The position numbers were made by a program, and so were the translations under genes. The notes under the pieces were generated by a model, which saw only the letters and a program-made list of their open reading frames with translations, had not been told where the DNA came from and made no database searches. Of a stretch of 64,000 nt of DNA, positions 40,946 through 50,910 are shown piece by piece; within the stretch, counting starts at the first letter, position 1; every line of letters begins with the position of its first letter. Origin of the DNA: Patescibacteria group bacterium (GTDB lineage Bacteria > Patescibacteriota > Microgenomatia > Daviesbacterales > UBA10151); NCBI GenBank assembly GCA_038064895.1, contig JBBTSA010000010.1:118616-182615 (forward strand). Reading direction: 5' to 3'.

Positions 40946-40948
40946 CAG

Positions 40949-42835
40949 TTACAATCCTAACTCCTTATGTATCTCCTCCCTAATATCTACAAAATCTCTG
41001 TTTTTAAGTTTAAAGGCATAAATATTTTCTTTTTTATAAAACATTTCCTGATTCCAGGCTTTACCATCTTCAACACATAAGGACCTATACAAAATTCCCT
41101 TTTTTCCCTCCTGTGTCCTAATGAAAGATACAAGTTTGGTTTTATCTTCATAGAAAATCTCAGAGCAGCCATCTATTAATCTATTATCCATAATATGAAT
41201 CCTATGAGGAAAAATAGATAAAAATGTTTCTGAAAAAAAAGTTCCATCATCAGTAATATCGGATACATCCATGTAAAACAGAGCAGGTCTTGTAAGGTCT
41301 ATATCTTTTAAATGCTTCCTAAATCTATCCTGAATCAAATTTTGAGCAATATAACTTCTTCCTTTTGAATTTATTGAAACAAAAAAACTATTTACCACTT
41401 GTTTGTCGACAAAAAAGATAGCTGTAAGAATTAGAACCACTAATAACCAAGTTATAGCTTTTTTTATCAGAAAAGCTTTCCCGAAACTATAAACTTTACT
41501 TAACATAAGAGATAGAATAGCTGCTATAAAAATAGCAAAACCTTCCGATGCAATAACTAAATAATAGCTTGTTTCTTTAAAACCTAAGTTTAGATCAGCC
41601 AAAATCCAAGTCAGAATTGTAAAAATAAAAGACACTCCTAAGGACACCCAGGAAGCCAAAATAATTAGGTTTCTTGTGCTACTTAGCCATTCTTTGAAAT
41701 AGCCTATGGCCAAAGATGTTGCAAAAACACCATTAACGGTTGAATATAATCTTGGAGGATCAAAAGTAATCTGTAGATTGGGGGGTATATTTTTGCTATG
41801 AAAGGCAATAAAATAGGTGACTGTTTGTAAAACAATATTAGTAACTCCTACATTTACAAAAAAAATTAGAGGCTTCTTGGATGTGGTAATTGCCAATGTA
41901 GCTACTATGATGGTCCAAATTAGAATTGGTCCACCCAAAATTAGGCTTCCTATATATCGAGGTAAATCTTCAAATATAATGGGTTTAATGAAATGTCCCC
42001 ATACCTCAAGCGGTACAAACATAAATCCCAGGCCTTGGATTGGGGTTAAAAGAAGATGCCAGTTCCCATCCATAATTATTTGATATAATCCTAAGGCACC
42101 AAAAAAATATTGAGTTATTAACTTTGGTTTGTAAATTAAGGCTAAAATTAAAGGCAGGTAGAGTAAGGAGATTCTGGCTATACCGATCTTGACACTGCTA
42201 AAGTTTTTTTGCTTTGTCCAAATAAATAATTCTATTAAAGGAATTAAGAAAAGCAGAGGATAGGAGCGAATAGTTGAAGAAATAATAGTCAGAAGTAACA
42301 GAATACAAGAAATTGGAAGCCATTTAGTTTTTAAAATATTTTTCTTTACTAAAAAGAAGTAGCTTATAAAGAAGCTATTCATAAAAAAAATTGACACATA
42401 GTCTCCTCCTTTAACTGCAAATTCTAAGGATCCAACTGAGGAATAGCTAATAGCATAAAGAAATACGGATAGAGCAGCAAAAAGCTTATTTTTAAACACA
42501 AGAGCTATAAGTGGAAATATAGATACAGTTGCTACAACCTTTATAATTATATTAGTTAATCCTATTGCTTGATAATTGATACCCCAAATGTCTACCAATC
42601 CTCCCAAATAATAAAGGAAGAAAGTGGTATAAGGTCCCCTTTCCTGCCAAACTTCAGATAGTTTTAAAATAGGATTATCTCCCAAAGATTTATATATAAA
42701 AACAAAACTCCAATCGTCTGGTGAGAAACCTATCTCAAAAGGCCGGAGTATCAAGTATTGAATAAAGGATACAATTAATATCAGGATAATTAATGTTAAA
42801 AGGTAGGATTGTACTATACCGATTTTTAGATTCAT
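40949..42835 (-). CDS. GT-C-like membrane protein (family B)
   Basis: IGFSPDDW, ERGPYTT, GNWHLLLTP, DGC..LC, KELGL. Confidence 0.75.
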   Translation of the reverse strand: MNLKIGIVQSYLLTLIILILIVSFIQYLILRPFEIGFSPDDWSFVFIYKSLGDNPILKLSEVWQERGPYTTFFLYYLGGLVDIWGINYQAIGLTNIIIKVVATVSIFPLIALVFKNKLFAALSVFLYAISYSSVGSLEFAVKGGDYVSIFFMNSFFISYFFLVKKNILKTKWLPISCILLLLTIISSTIRSYPLLFLIPLIELFIWTKQKNFSSVKIGIARISLLYLPLILALIYKPKLITQYFFGALGLYQIIMDGNWHLLLTPIQGLGFMFVPLEVWGHFIKPIIFEDLPRYIGSLILGGPILIWTIIVATLAITTSKKPLIFFVNVGVTNIVLQTVTYFIAFHSKNIPPNLQITFDPPRLYSTVNGVFATSLAIGYFKEWLSSTRNLIILASWVSLGVSFIFTILTWILADLNLGFKETSYYLVIASEGFAIFIAAILSLMLSKVYSFGKAFLIKKAITWLLVVLILTAIFFVDKQVVNSFFVSINSKGRSYIAQNLIQDRFRKHLKDIDLTRPALFYMDVSDITDDGTFFSETFLSIFPHRIHIMDNRLIDGCSEIFYEDKTKLVSFIRTQEGKKGILYRSLCVEDGKAWNQEMFYKKENIYAFKLKNRDFVDIREEIHKELGL

Positions 42836-43872
42836 TATGGAATTTTATATAAAGCATCAAAAAACATTCTTTGGATTGGGTGAGGGCTATTTTTTAAAAC
42901 TGCTTTCCATTTTCCAGGAACAGGATACTGATGTTCTTTAATATTTTGGTTATCAACAGTGTGTGACTGTTGCCATTGTTTAGTATAAAAATAACCCTTT
43001 GTTAAACGATTTATATGTTTTAAATAATTCCTAATTTGATCCCTTCTCATTTCATGTAATGAGCTAACGGTAATAAAAAGACCAAATTGCTTTTTGGGTA
43101 AAAGTTCAATTTGATGCGGCATTAAAAATTGGATTCTGGCAGATTCAAACTCCTTTTTAATTTGCTGATATGATTTGAAGGGTTTAAATTTAAATATCTT
43201 CTCCCCTGGAAAGACAGTGGAAAGATACTTTTGAGAAATATATAGAGCAGGAGGGATATCAATAATGCAATAAGAAGAATCAGGTAAAACTTTAAGGAAA
43301 ATAAATGCTAATCTCCCATAGCCTGCTCCTAACTCAGCTATCTTCATTTTTTTAGGAAATTTACCTGATTGTCGGATGGCATAAAACTCATGGATAGAAT
43401 TACAAAGATCTTGAGAAATTAATTTATTTTTGTACTCTACTACAAATGGGTTACCTACTAAAGGCTCCTCTAGAGAATCCAATAAATTTAAGTAGTCATT
43501 TTGAGAAATATAGTCTGCAAAAGAGGATACAAACACCTTATATATCAAGGCAGATAGCCAGTTAAACCTCTTAACTTGTTCTTCAGATTCAGAGAATGAA
43601 TATACAAATTTACTTTTTAGTATGGGGTCAAAATTACCTTTATTAATCTGAGATAATACAACTGGCAATTGATGTCTGATAATCCCAAGAACACCCCAAT
43701 TAAAATACCTCATATTGACAGACCTTTTGAAATTATCAATGTCTGCATTAATGAGTTGATTAAGATGAATCCTATTTAAATCCACCCAGAAGTTAGAGGG
43801 TTGATAAATTGGCGGAGCTTTTTTTAACTCCTTAAGCATTTGACTTAGTACTTTATTATTAATGATTTTCAT
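42835..43872 (-). CDS. Putative sugar O-methyltransferase (TIGR04371-like)
   Basis: PSNFW, ELGAGYGRLA, IIDIPPALYISQKYL, SSLHEM. Confidence 0.8.
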   Translation of the reverse strand: MKIINNKVLSQMLKELKKAPPIYQPSNFWVDLNRIHLNQLINADIDNFKRSVNMRYFNWGVLGIIRHQLPVVLSQINKGNFDPILKSKFVYSFSESEEQVKRFNWLSALIYKVFVSSFADYISQNDYLNLLDSLEEPLVGNPFVVEYKNKLISQDLCNSIHEFYAIRQSGKFPKKMKIAELGAGYGRLAFIFLKVLPDSSYCIIDIPPALYISQKYLSTVFPGEKIFKFKPFKSYQQIKKEFESARIQFLMPHQIELLPKKQFGLFITVSSLHEMRRDQIRNYLKHINRLTKGYFYTKQWQQSHTVDNQNIKEHQYPVPGKWKAVLKNSPHPIQRMFFDALYKIP

Positions 43873-43944
43873 CTTAGATAATTATACTTCATGCTTCGTT
43901 TATTACATTAATAACTTGTATAATTGCTTATCCTAGGTCAAAAC

Positions 43945-44871
43945 ATGAATTTTAAAAAAAATATTACTGGCAATAAAAGCAAAATTGCGCAATGTTCTTT
44001 TTGTCATAAAGCAAAAAATGTAAAATTTATCTTTGCTGATAGGAAATTCAATTTTTTCTTTTGTTTCACTTGTCATATGGGATTTACATACCCTTACCCA
44101 AAACCAAAGGAACTGGAAAAATATTACCATGAAAATTATTGGGTCACACCTGGTCTTTTAGGATTCTTCAGAAAGTATGTTTTTGATTTTTTCCAAACTC
44201 GGCGTAAAAGGTGGGTTATGCATTACCTCTCCAAAGGAAAAATTCTAGATGTAGGCGCAGGAGAAGCTAAATTCGCTAAATCCCTAGGTAACAGATATCA
44301 AGTCACGAGTTTAGATGTACCATCTTCAAAAATTATTAATAAGAGTGTTCTAAAGGTTAATTTTTTAAAATGGCAGACATCTAATAGATTCGATGCAATA
44401 GTGTTTTGGGAAAGCCTGGAACATACTCCAAAACCGGAGCAATACTTACAAAAAGCATATAAATTGTTAAAAAAAGATGGTTTTATGTTTATTGAATATC
44501 CCCGATTTGATTCCTTTGAGTCAAGATTTTTCAATAAGTATTGGTTTCATCTGGACCCACCCAGACACTACAGTTATATAACTGAGAAAGGACTTGAATT
44601 GCTTGTATCCCGTACTGGACTGTTGAGAGTTTTCCATGGAAGTGTTGCTGCTTTTGAATACGCCATATGGGGATTTATTGGAAGCACCCTAAACATAATA
44701 AATCTGAGAATAACAGATATCTTAAAACAAAATCGCAGTTTAATATTATTATTTCTACTGATCCCTTTTTTTATTATGGTTGTATTTATTGAAATCTTTT
44801 TTGCAATAATAGGACAATCTCCAATTGGATTAATGATTGCCAAAAAAGAATCTAAAAACCTAGCTCCTTAA
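43945..44871 (+). CDS. Class I SAM methyltransferase with N-terminal CxxC...CxxC
   Basis: CSFC/CFTC, ILDVGAG, WESLEH, LDPPRH. Confidence 0.87.
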   Translation: MNFKKNITGNKSKIAQCSFCHKAKNVKFIFADRKFNFFFCFTCHMGFTYPYPKPKELEKYYHENYWVTPGLLGFFRKYVFDFFQTRRKRWVMHYLSKGKILDVGAGEAKFAKSLGNRYQVTSLDVPSSKIINKSVLKVNFLKWQTSNRFDAIVFWESLEHTPKPEQYLQKAYKLLKKDGFMFIEYPRFDSFESRFFNKYWFHLDPPRHYSYITEKGLELLVSRTGLLRVFHGSVAAFEYAIWGFIGSTLNIINLRITDILKQNRSLILLFLLIPFFIMVVFIEIFFAIIGQSPIGLMIAKKESKNLAP

Positions 44872-46744
44872 GTAAATTTTTCTTGATATCTATAAAATCT
44901 TTGTTTTTAAGTTTAAAAGCATAAAAATTGTCCGGTTTATAAAAAATGTCTTTATAACCCCCTTTTCCGTTCTCGACGCAAAGACCTTTGTAGAAAAAGC
45001 CCTTTTGTCCGTCTTGTTCTTTTATGTATGGTATTAATTGTTTATACTCATTAAGATATATTCTCTCTGAGCATCCATCTATTAATTGAGTACCCTGAAA
45101 ACGCATCCAAAAAGGAAAACTTGATAAAAAACTTTCAGTATAAAATGGACCATTCTCTATTTCTGAAGTATCAAAATAAAACAGCATCGGTTCTGTTTGA
45201 TTAAACTGTTTAATTTTTTCCTTAAATTTAGACTGAAGAAATATCTGTCCAGACGCAGCTCGTCCATTTAAATTTGCACTATTAAAGTAAGTATAGATCA
45301 ATTGTCTATTAGCAAAATAAAAAAGAATTATAGATAAAAAAAATATTGGTAAAAATACCATAAATAAAATTGTTTTAACCTTTTTAGTCCTCTCATAAAA
45401 AATTACCAGTAGTGCCGAGATAAACAAATAAATTCCAACACTCGGAATCATTAGATAATGATCCTGAGCCCCTCCAAATGCTAAATTCTCACTAGCCAAT
45501 ACCCAAGTTAACACAATAAAAAGAAAGGATATTACCGGACCAACCCATAAAGCAAGTATTAAATGATTTTTTCTACCATCTATTTTCCATTCAATCCAGT
45601 ATACAAAGCTTAGGATCAAAATCAGCAAACCAAAAAATGTGGAATATATTCTGGGAATATCAAAAATTATTCTATTTTCTTTTGGCAAACTTAAGAAGTG
45701 ATTTGCAATAAAGAAAACCATTATTTCCAGAATAAAGTTTAAACAAAAGGCCAACAGGAAAAACCTCCAGGGCTTTTTTACTATCAGTAAACTTAAAATT
45801 AAAATTATCAGGCTAAAGATTACTGTTGGCCCACCAAGTATAAAAGAGAAATAATCTTTAAAGCTTTCCATATTTAGTAAACCAAATATTTTCCAGACGC
45901 TATCACTAACAGGAAATGTATGGCCCAATCCTTGTAAAGGGGTTAGTATTAGGTGCCAATTACCTTCTAAAACTCTAAGTATCACTGTAGGAACAACGCC
46001 AATATAATTCATTACTACCTTGGGATGATATAACGTAACAACTATAAAAGGTGCAAAAAGAATAAATAATCTTACTAGACCAATCCTTAGTGCAACAACA
46101 GAAGGTTTTTGAATCAATAAATAAGCTTCTATAGAAGGTATTAACACAAGTAACGGATACAATCTCATTACAGAAAAAAGTACTGCAATAATTAAAAAAG
46201 TAGTCGCTAAGCTTAAACCTTTCCACATCAATAAATTGTTTTTAATAACTTGGTAATAAGTAATCAAAAATAGCCCCATAAAAAACATTCCCAAATATTC
46301 ACTAGGCTCTACAGCTGTCTCTAGTGGACCTGCAGACGGGTAGCTCATTGCAAAAAGTATAGTTGTTAAAATTGCAAGCAATCTACTTTTAAAAACCAAT
46401 AAAACTAGGGGGAAAAGTACCATACTGGCTAGTATTTTAAAGCAAATACCAATTATCTGCATTTTAAAAAAATCAAATCCAACCAAGCTATTTATGATAC
46501 CAGTATAATAAAGCGGAACGGTTGTATAAGGACCTCTTTCTATCCAAACATCAGCAATTTTAGACAAGGGATGAAAACCCAGTAGTTTATACCAGAAAAT
46601 AAAAGACCAATCATCCGGTGTAAGACCAATTTCTAAGGCAGGCTTTAGAAGATCATATTGCATCAAAGATACAATAAAAATAAGTATAATAAAAAGAAAG
46701 AAATTAGAATCTATGGTCTTTGTTAGATCAGATATTTTTTGCAC
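44852..46744 (-). CDS. GT-C-like membrane protein (family B)
   Basis: IGLTPDDW, ERGPYTT, GNWHLILTP, LFYFD, DGC..LC, KELGF. Closest to 39056..40945. Confidence 0.75.
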   Translation of the reverse strand: MQKISDLTKTIDSNFFLFIILIFIVSLMQYDLLKPALEIGLTPDDWSFIFWYKLLGFHPLSKIADVWIERGPYTTVPLYYTGIINSLVGFDFFKMQIIGICFKILASMVLFPLVLLVFKSRLLAILTTILFAMSYPSAGPLETAVEPSEYLGMFFMGLFLITYYQVIKNNLLMWKGLSLATTFLIIAVLFSVMRLYPLLVLIPSIEAYLLIQKPSVVALRIGLVRLFILFAPFIVVTLYHPKVVMNYIGVVPTVILRVLEGNWHLILTPLQGLGHTFPVSDSVWKIFGLLNMESFKDYFSFILGGPTVIFSLIILILSLLIVKKPWRFFLLAFCLNFILEIMVFFIANHFLSLPKENRIIFDIPRIYSTFFGLLILILSFVYWIEWKIDGRKNHLILALWVGPVISFLFIVLTWVLASENLAFGGAQDHYLMIPSVGIYLFISALLVIFYERTKKVKTILFMVFLPIFFLSIILFYFANRQLIYTYFNSANLNGRAASGQIFLQSKFKEKIKQFNQTEPMLFYFDTSEIENGPFYTESFLSSFPFWMRFQGTQLIDGCSERIYLNEYKQLIPYIKEQDGQKGFFYKGLCVENGKGGYKDIFYKPDNFYAFKLKNKDFIDIKKNLLKELGF

Positions 46745-46746
46745 AA

Positions 46747-48327
46747 TTATAATTTTTTTGACTTCAAATCTTCTAATATTATTTGCGTGATATTAAATAT
46801 TTTTTTATCTTTAAATCGAAATGCTCTAAACTCTGATACATTATATCTGGTTTTAGCTGTCCTTATATTAAATTGACTCATAGCACATAAACCATCCTGT
46901 TCAAAATACTCACCTCTATTGTTGTAAGAGATTATTAACTGATTTCTTTCAGTTACATAGCTTACACACCCTAAGAAATTAGGTTTTTTGAAATAAAGCA
47001 TCCAATATTCAAAATACCCCAAATTGGAAGAAACTGCATAAAACTGATGTAATCTTGGATCATGAAGTCCCTCAAAATAAACAAACACATTGAGCTGGTT
47101 TTTAGTAAGTGATCCAAGCACTTGATTTTGCATATAACTTTGGTCTTTCCACCCAGTTCCCCGAGATAACAAATCATTAAAGTACCTATTAATCTCATTA
47201 AAGCTTACTAAAGCTACAATAAAGAAAAGAAAAAAAATAATAAATAAATATCTTAGCTGCTTAAATTTAATCCATAATTCATAAAATAAACATAGTAATC
47301 CTGCGATAAAAAGACTTATTCCCATTGAAGGAATTATTAAATACCAGTGAACGGAATCAGAGATATGAAAAGCCTTACTCTGAAATATCCATGTAGCTAT
47401 TAGAAAAAAGAAAGCAAAGAAGGGTCCGAAAAATAATAAAAAGAATTTATTCAGCTTACTTCCTCTCTTAATCCAGATTATCAGGTAACCGGATGATAAA
47501 ACTATAAGAAAAATGCCCAGTAAAGAAGCCGATATTCCCAAAATCTTAAGCTGATCATTCCCCAGTAATGTATACCCGAGAGCCTCCAACGGAGCAAGAG
47601 AAAAATACCAGTTACCTGTTTTTAAATCATTAACAAAGGCAAAAGAACCCAAACTACCTATTGCCAAAAAAATTATAGGCATATAAAAAATAAGTAGTCT
47701 CGTGAATGATTGAAAGAAAAACCTAATTTTTTTATTCCTAAATATTAAATAAATTTCAATTAAAATAATTAATCCTAATATGGGATATATTCTTATTGGA
47801 GAAAGTATGAATGTCAAAAATAAAATTATAGATGACAAAATTGTTAATCTCATAGATTTCTTGGTTACACAAAAGTAGTAAGATAAAAAGAATAAATTCA
47901 TAAAGGCAATTGCTAAATATTCGCTACCTTTAACAACATGCTTAAAGGCCCCTGCCGATGAATGAATTATTGAAAATATTATTGCTGCGCTGCTTGCTAA
48001 AAAATAACTTCTAAAAAGCTTATAAATTAGGATAAAGAGAGTAATTGATGCAAAAATTTTAAAGCAAATATTAATAATTTGAAACAGTTGGTAATTTATA
48101 CCAAAAAGTGATTCGAGAATGCCGATGTAATAAAACTGAATTGTGGTGTAAGGTCCCCTAATCATCCAGGCATCTAAAGCTTTATCGAAGGGATGCGGAT
48201 CGAATGTTTTATAAGCAAACAACAGTTGCCAGTCGTCTCCAGTCAAACCACTGTTTAGAATAACTTGCGAAAACAAGAAGGTAAGTACTGTACATGCTAA
48301 TAGTGTAAATATAACGTATAATTTCAT
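46747..48327 (-). CDS. GT-C-like membrane protein (family B, short form)
   Basis: GLTGDDW, RGPYTT, VVKGSEY, GNW, VYFE, GC..LC. Confidence 0.75.
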   Translation of the reverse strand: MKLYVIFTLLACTVLTFLFSQVILNSGLTGDDWQLLFAYKTFDPHPFDKALDAWMIRGPYTTIQFYYIGILESLFGINYQLFQIINICFKIFASITLFILIYKLFRSYFLASSAAIIFSIIHSSAGAFKHVVKGSEYLAIAFMNLFFLSYYFCVTKKSMRLTILSSIILFLTFILSPIRIYPILGLIILIEIYLIFRNKKIRFFFQSFTRLLIFYMPIIFLAIGSLGSFAFVNDLKTGNWYFSLAPLEALGYTLLGNDQLKILGISASLLGIFLIVLSSGYLIIWIKRGSKLNKFFLLFFGPFFAFFFLIATWIFQSKAFHISDSVHWYLIIPSMGISLFIAGLLCLFYELWIKFKQLRYLFIIFFLFFIVALVSFNEINRYFNDLLSRGTGWKDQSYMQNQVLGSLTKNQLNVFVYFEGLHDPRLHQFYAVSSNLGYFEYWMLYFKKPNFLGCVSYVTERNQLIISYNNRGEYFEQDGLCAMSQFNIRTAKTRYNVSEFRAFRFKDKKIFNITQIILEDLKSKKL

Positions 48328-48330
48328 TAT

Positions 48331-49086
48331 ATGAAGGAAAAGAAATCTAAGATTGTAGTCATTTTTTTAGCATATAATGCTTCTAAAACTTTAGAAAAAT
48401 TCTACTTAGAATTTCCTAAAAAATTTGTTTCGGATATCATCTTAGTTGATGATGCATCCAAAGACAATACTTTCAAAATAGCCAAAAAGTTGGGAATTAA
48501 ATCATTCAGAAATCCTGTGAATTTAGGTTATGGGGGAAATATGAAAAGAGCTTTAAATCTGGCGCTTGCAAGTGGAGCAAATATCGTCATCGATATTCAT
48601 CCGGATGGTGAATATAAACCTTCAGCCATTCCATATGCCATAAAAAAAATAGAGTCGGGAGCAGAATTTGTTTTGGGAAATCGTTTTACCAATTTTTACA
48701 ATCCTTTAACAAGTGGAATGTATATTTGGAAATGGCTTCCTATTAGGCTTTTAAATTTTCTGGATACGATTATTCTAGGCATAAACTTAGACGACTTTCA
48801 TCAAGGCTTTAGAGTTTATACTAAAAAAATGCTTGAGCGGATAAATTATCAGTCAAATTCCAATAATTATTTATTTAGCTTTGAATTAATAGCCCAAGCA
48901 GTCTATCACAAAGTTAAAATATCCCAGGTCCCTGTAGAAACCAGCTACACCGGCAAAAAACGAGGAGCTAGCTTAATAAATAGTATTAAATATTCAATGG
49001 GTACATTCAAAGTACTGTTACTCTTTATGATGGCTAAGTTAGGATTTAGAATACAACTTTTCCAGTCTAAACAATTGTCAGTTTAG
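48331..49086 (+). CDS. DPM1-like GT2 (polyprenol-phosphate sugar synthase)
   Basis: AYNA, VDDASKD, NLGYGGN, HPDGEY, GNRF, FHQGFRVY. Confidence 0.88.
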   Translation: MKEKKSKIVVIFLAYNASKTLEKFYLEFPKKFVSDIILVDDASKDNTFKIAKKLGIKSFRNPVNLGYGGNMKRALNLALASGANIVIDIHPDGEYKPSAIPYAIKKIESGAEFVLGNRFTNFYNPLTSGMYIWKWLPIRLLNFLDTIILGINLDDFHQGFRVYTKKMLERINYQSNSNNYLFSFELIAQAVYHKVKISQVPVETSYTGKKRGASLINSIKYSMGTFKVLLLFMMAKLGFRIQLFQSKQLSV

Positions 49087-50305
49087 GGATAGCAAGAATA
49101 AATCTTCCACCCTTTTTCCTGTACTCCGCTTGTTTTTTTATTATCTCATCAGCAAAATTCCAAGCCAAAAGCAGGGTATAGTCTGGTTGATCCTCCAGCA
49201 ACTTTGACTCCGGAAAAATCGGGATGTGCATACCGGGAGTAAATTTCCCCTGCTTATAAGGGATTGAGTCAACTATATAATCAAGTGTTTCAGGTCCAAT
49301 TCTGCAATAATTCAGAATTATATTTCCTTTTGCAGATGCTCCGTATCCTACAATCTGTTTGTTTTCCAAACGCAGTCCCCAAAGAAGCTGTACTAATTCA
49401 TGCCTTACCTTATCTACCCTCCGTCTAAATTTTAAGTATGTTTTGGGGTTTAAGATTCCTCTTTTCTTCTCAAGTTGTAGTAACTGTTTTACACATCTAC
49501 TTTCTTTTCCAGTATTTCCAACAAAAACCCTAACTGAGCCGCCATGGACTGGAATTCTTTGGATATCTATTAACCAAAGTTTATGTCTTTTTAACAGTTT
49601 TTCGAGTGGAGTAATCGAAAAATACGAAAGGTGCTCCTGATAAATAGTATCAAACTCTACCTTCCCAATTAGATCAATAAGATATGGGAATTCGGCAATA
49701 AATAATCCATCATCAGAAAGCAATACTTTTATACCTTCCAAAAAATCATGTAAATTGTGCACATGAGCAACAACATTTGTAGCCGTAATAATTTTGACCT
49801 GACCATACTCTTTTTTTATTACTTTTGCCAACTCTTTTGTAAACAAAGCACATATTGTTTTGACTCCTTCCAAATTTGCCTTTTTCACAAGATTTTCAGC
49901 AGGATCAACACCCAAAATCTTCATCCGCAAGGCCTTAAATGCTTTAAGTAGTGTTCCGTCATTGCTTCCAATATCTAAGACCAAATCTCCCTCTTTAGCA
50001 TAAGTCTTTGCGATTGCTTTCTTGGCTAAATCAGCGAAGTGGGTGCGCATTGTTTCAGAAGTAGAGGGAATATACACATAATTTTTAAACATAACTTTGG
50101 GGGAAACCACATGAGCAAGTTGCACCAATCCGCAATCCCTGCAAAAACAAACATCCAGAGGATAAAATTTCTCTGCCTTGTGACGATAATCTGCTTTTAA
50201 AAATCCGTTAGGTACCGGTGTTGGCCCCAGCTGTAAAAACAGTAACAAATTATTACTATCACAAGCCCGACAAACTTCCAGTTTAAATACTTCTTTTTTA
50301 AGCAT
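49067..50305 (-). CDS. NDP-sugar C-methyltransferase (TylCIII/EryBIII/NovU-like)
   Basis: CRAC...CRDC zinc site, DIGSNDG, NVVAH, FDTIYQEH, HGGS, YGASAKG, LAWNF. Confidence 0.9.
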   Translation of the reverse strand: MLKKEVFKLEVCRACDSNNLLLFLQLGPTPVPNGFLKADYRHKAEKFYPLDVCFCRDCGLVQLAHVVSPKVMFKNYVYIPSTSETMRTHFADLAKKAIAKTYAKEGDLVLDIGSNDGTLLKAFKALRMKILGVDPAENLVKKANLEGVKTICALFTKELAKVIKKEYGQVKIITATNVVAHVHNLHDFLEGIKVLLSDDGLFIAEFPYLIDLIGKVEFDTIYQEHLSYFSITPLEKLLKRHKLWLIDIQRIPVHGGSVRVFVGNTGKESRCVKQLLQLEKKRGILNPKTYLKFRRRVDKVRHELVQLLWGLRLENKQIVGYGASAKGNIILNYCRIGPETLDYIVDSIPYKQGKFTPGMHIPIFPESKLLEDQPDYTLLLAWNFADEIIKKQAEYRKKGGRFILAIPKLTIV

Positions 50306-50344
50306 TGAGACATTCTATCCTGAAGGAATTGTGATTTCAAGCAC

Positions 50345-50842
50345 TCACTTTAAACGCTCTGATAGGATTTTTAGGGTATTTATATCATGTTGAATCAACA
50401 TCCAAAAGCTGGTATTTGCTGGGTAAACATCTCTTAACTTTTCTAAAAATTTACCGTATACTTCAAACTCTTTAATAGTTTTTTCCTTATCTTTAGAGTT
50501 TTGCTTGATTAACTCATCTGTCAATATTCCTGCATGGAAAGCAAATCTTTCGCTGGCTTGTTGCACCTCCGATAAAAGTTTTTTCTCAACTACAAAATTA
50601 AGTTCTGACAGTTTAATTTTCAATTGGGATTGATAAAAATTAATTTTTGACTGCCTGCTGAATTGTAGTTTACCTAACCCTTTTTCCCACAATCTTTTAA
50701 AGGAATAATAAAAAGAACCGGGATTTATAGCCTCATTTTTCAGACTGATACTTTCTTCAGCTGCACCTATTGCTAGAGGTTGACAAATTATGAGAAAAAC
50801 AACAAAAATAGAAAAGATTAATTTTTTGGTTGCAGAATTCAT
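50345..50842 (-). CDS. Exported helical protein, DUF5667-like
   Basis: N-terminal signal/TM segment. INPGSFYYSFKRLWE resembles the LP.SP.Y..KR..E motif. Confidence 0.65.
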   Translation of the reverse strand: MNSATKKLIFSIFVVFLIICQPLAIGAAEESISLKNEAINPGSFYYSFKRLWEKGLGKLQFSRQSKINFYQSQLKIKLSELNFVVEKKLLSEVQQASERFAFHAGILTDELIKQNSKDKEKTIKEFEVYGKFLEKLRDVYPANTSFWMLIQHDINTLKILSERLK

Positions 50843-50849
50843 TGGAAGG

Positions 50850-50895
50850 ATTATACATTATGTCAATTTTAAAAATCAATAAGTTAGACTATACT
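50850..50895. promoter_or_regulatory. Divergent sigma70-type promoters
   Basis: Minus strand TTGATT-N18-TATAAT (50850-50855), 7 nt before ATG 50842. Plus strand TATACT (50890-50895), 15 nt before ATG 50911. Confidence 0.6.
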
Positions 50896-50910
50896 TTCAA
50901 CTAGAAGATT

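Noticed and set aside
19913-48327. Calling the membrane proteins Wzy polymerases or Wzx flippases
   Set aside because: Their size (480-780 aa), acidic motif after TM1 and large C-terminal soluble domains fit GT-C (PMT/ArnT/Aft) better. A Wzy-like role cannot be fully excluded without structure prediction.
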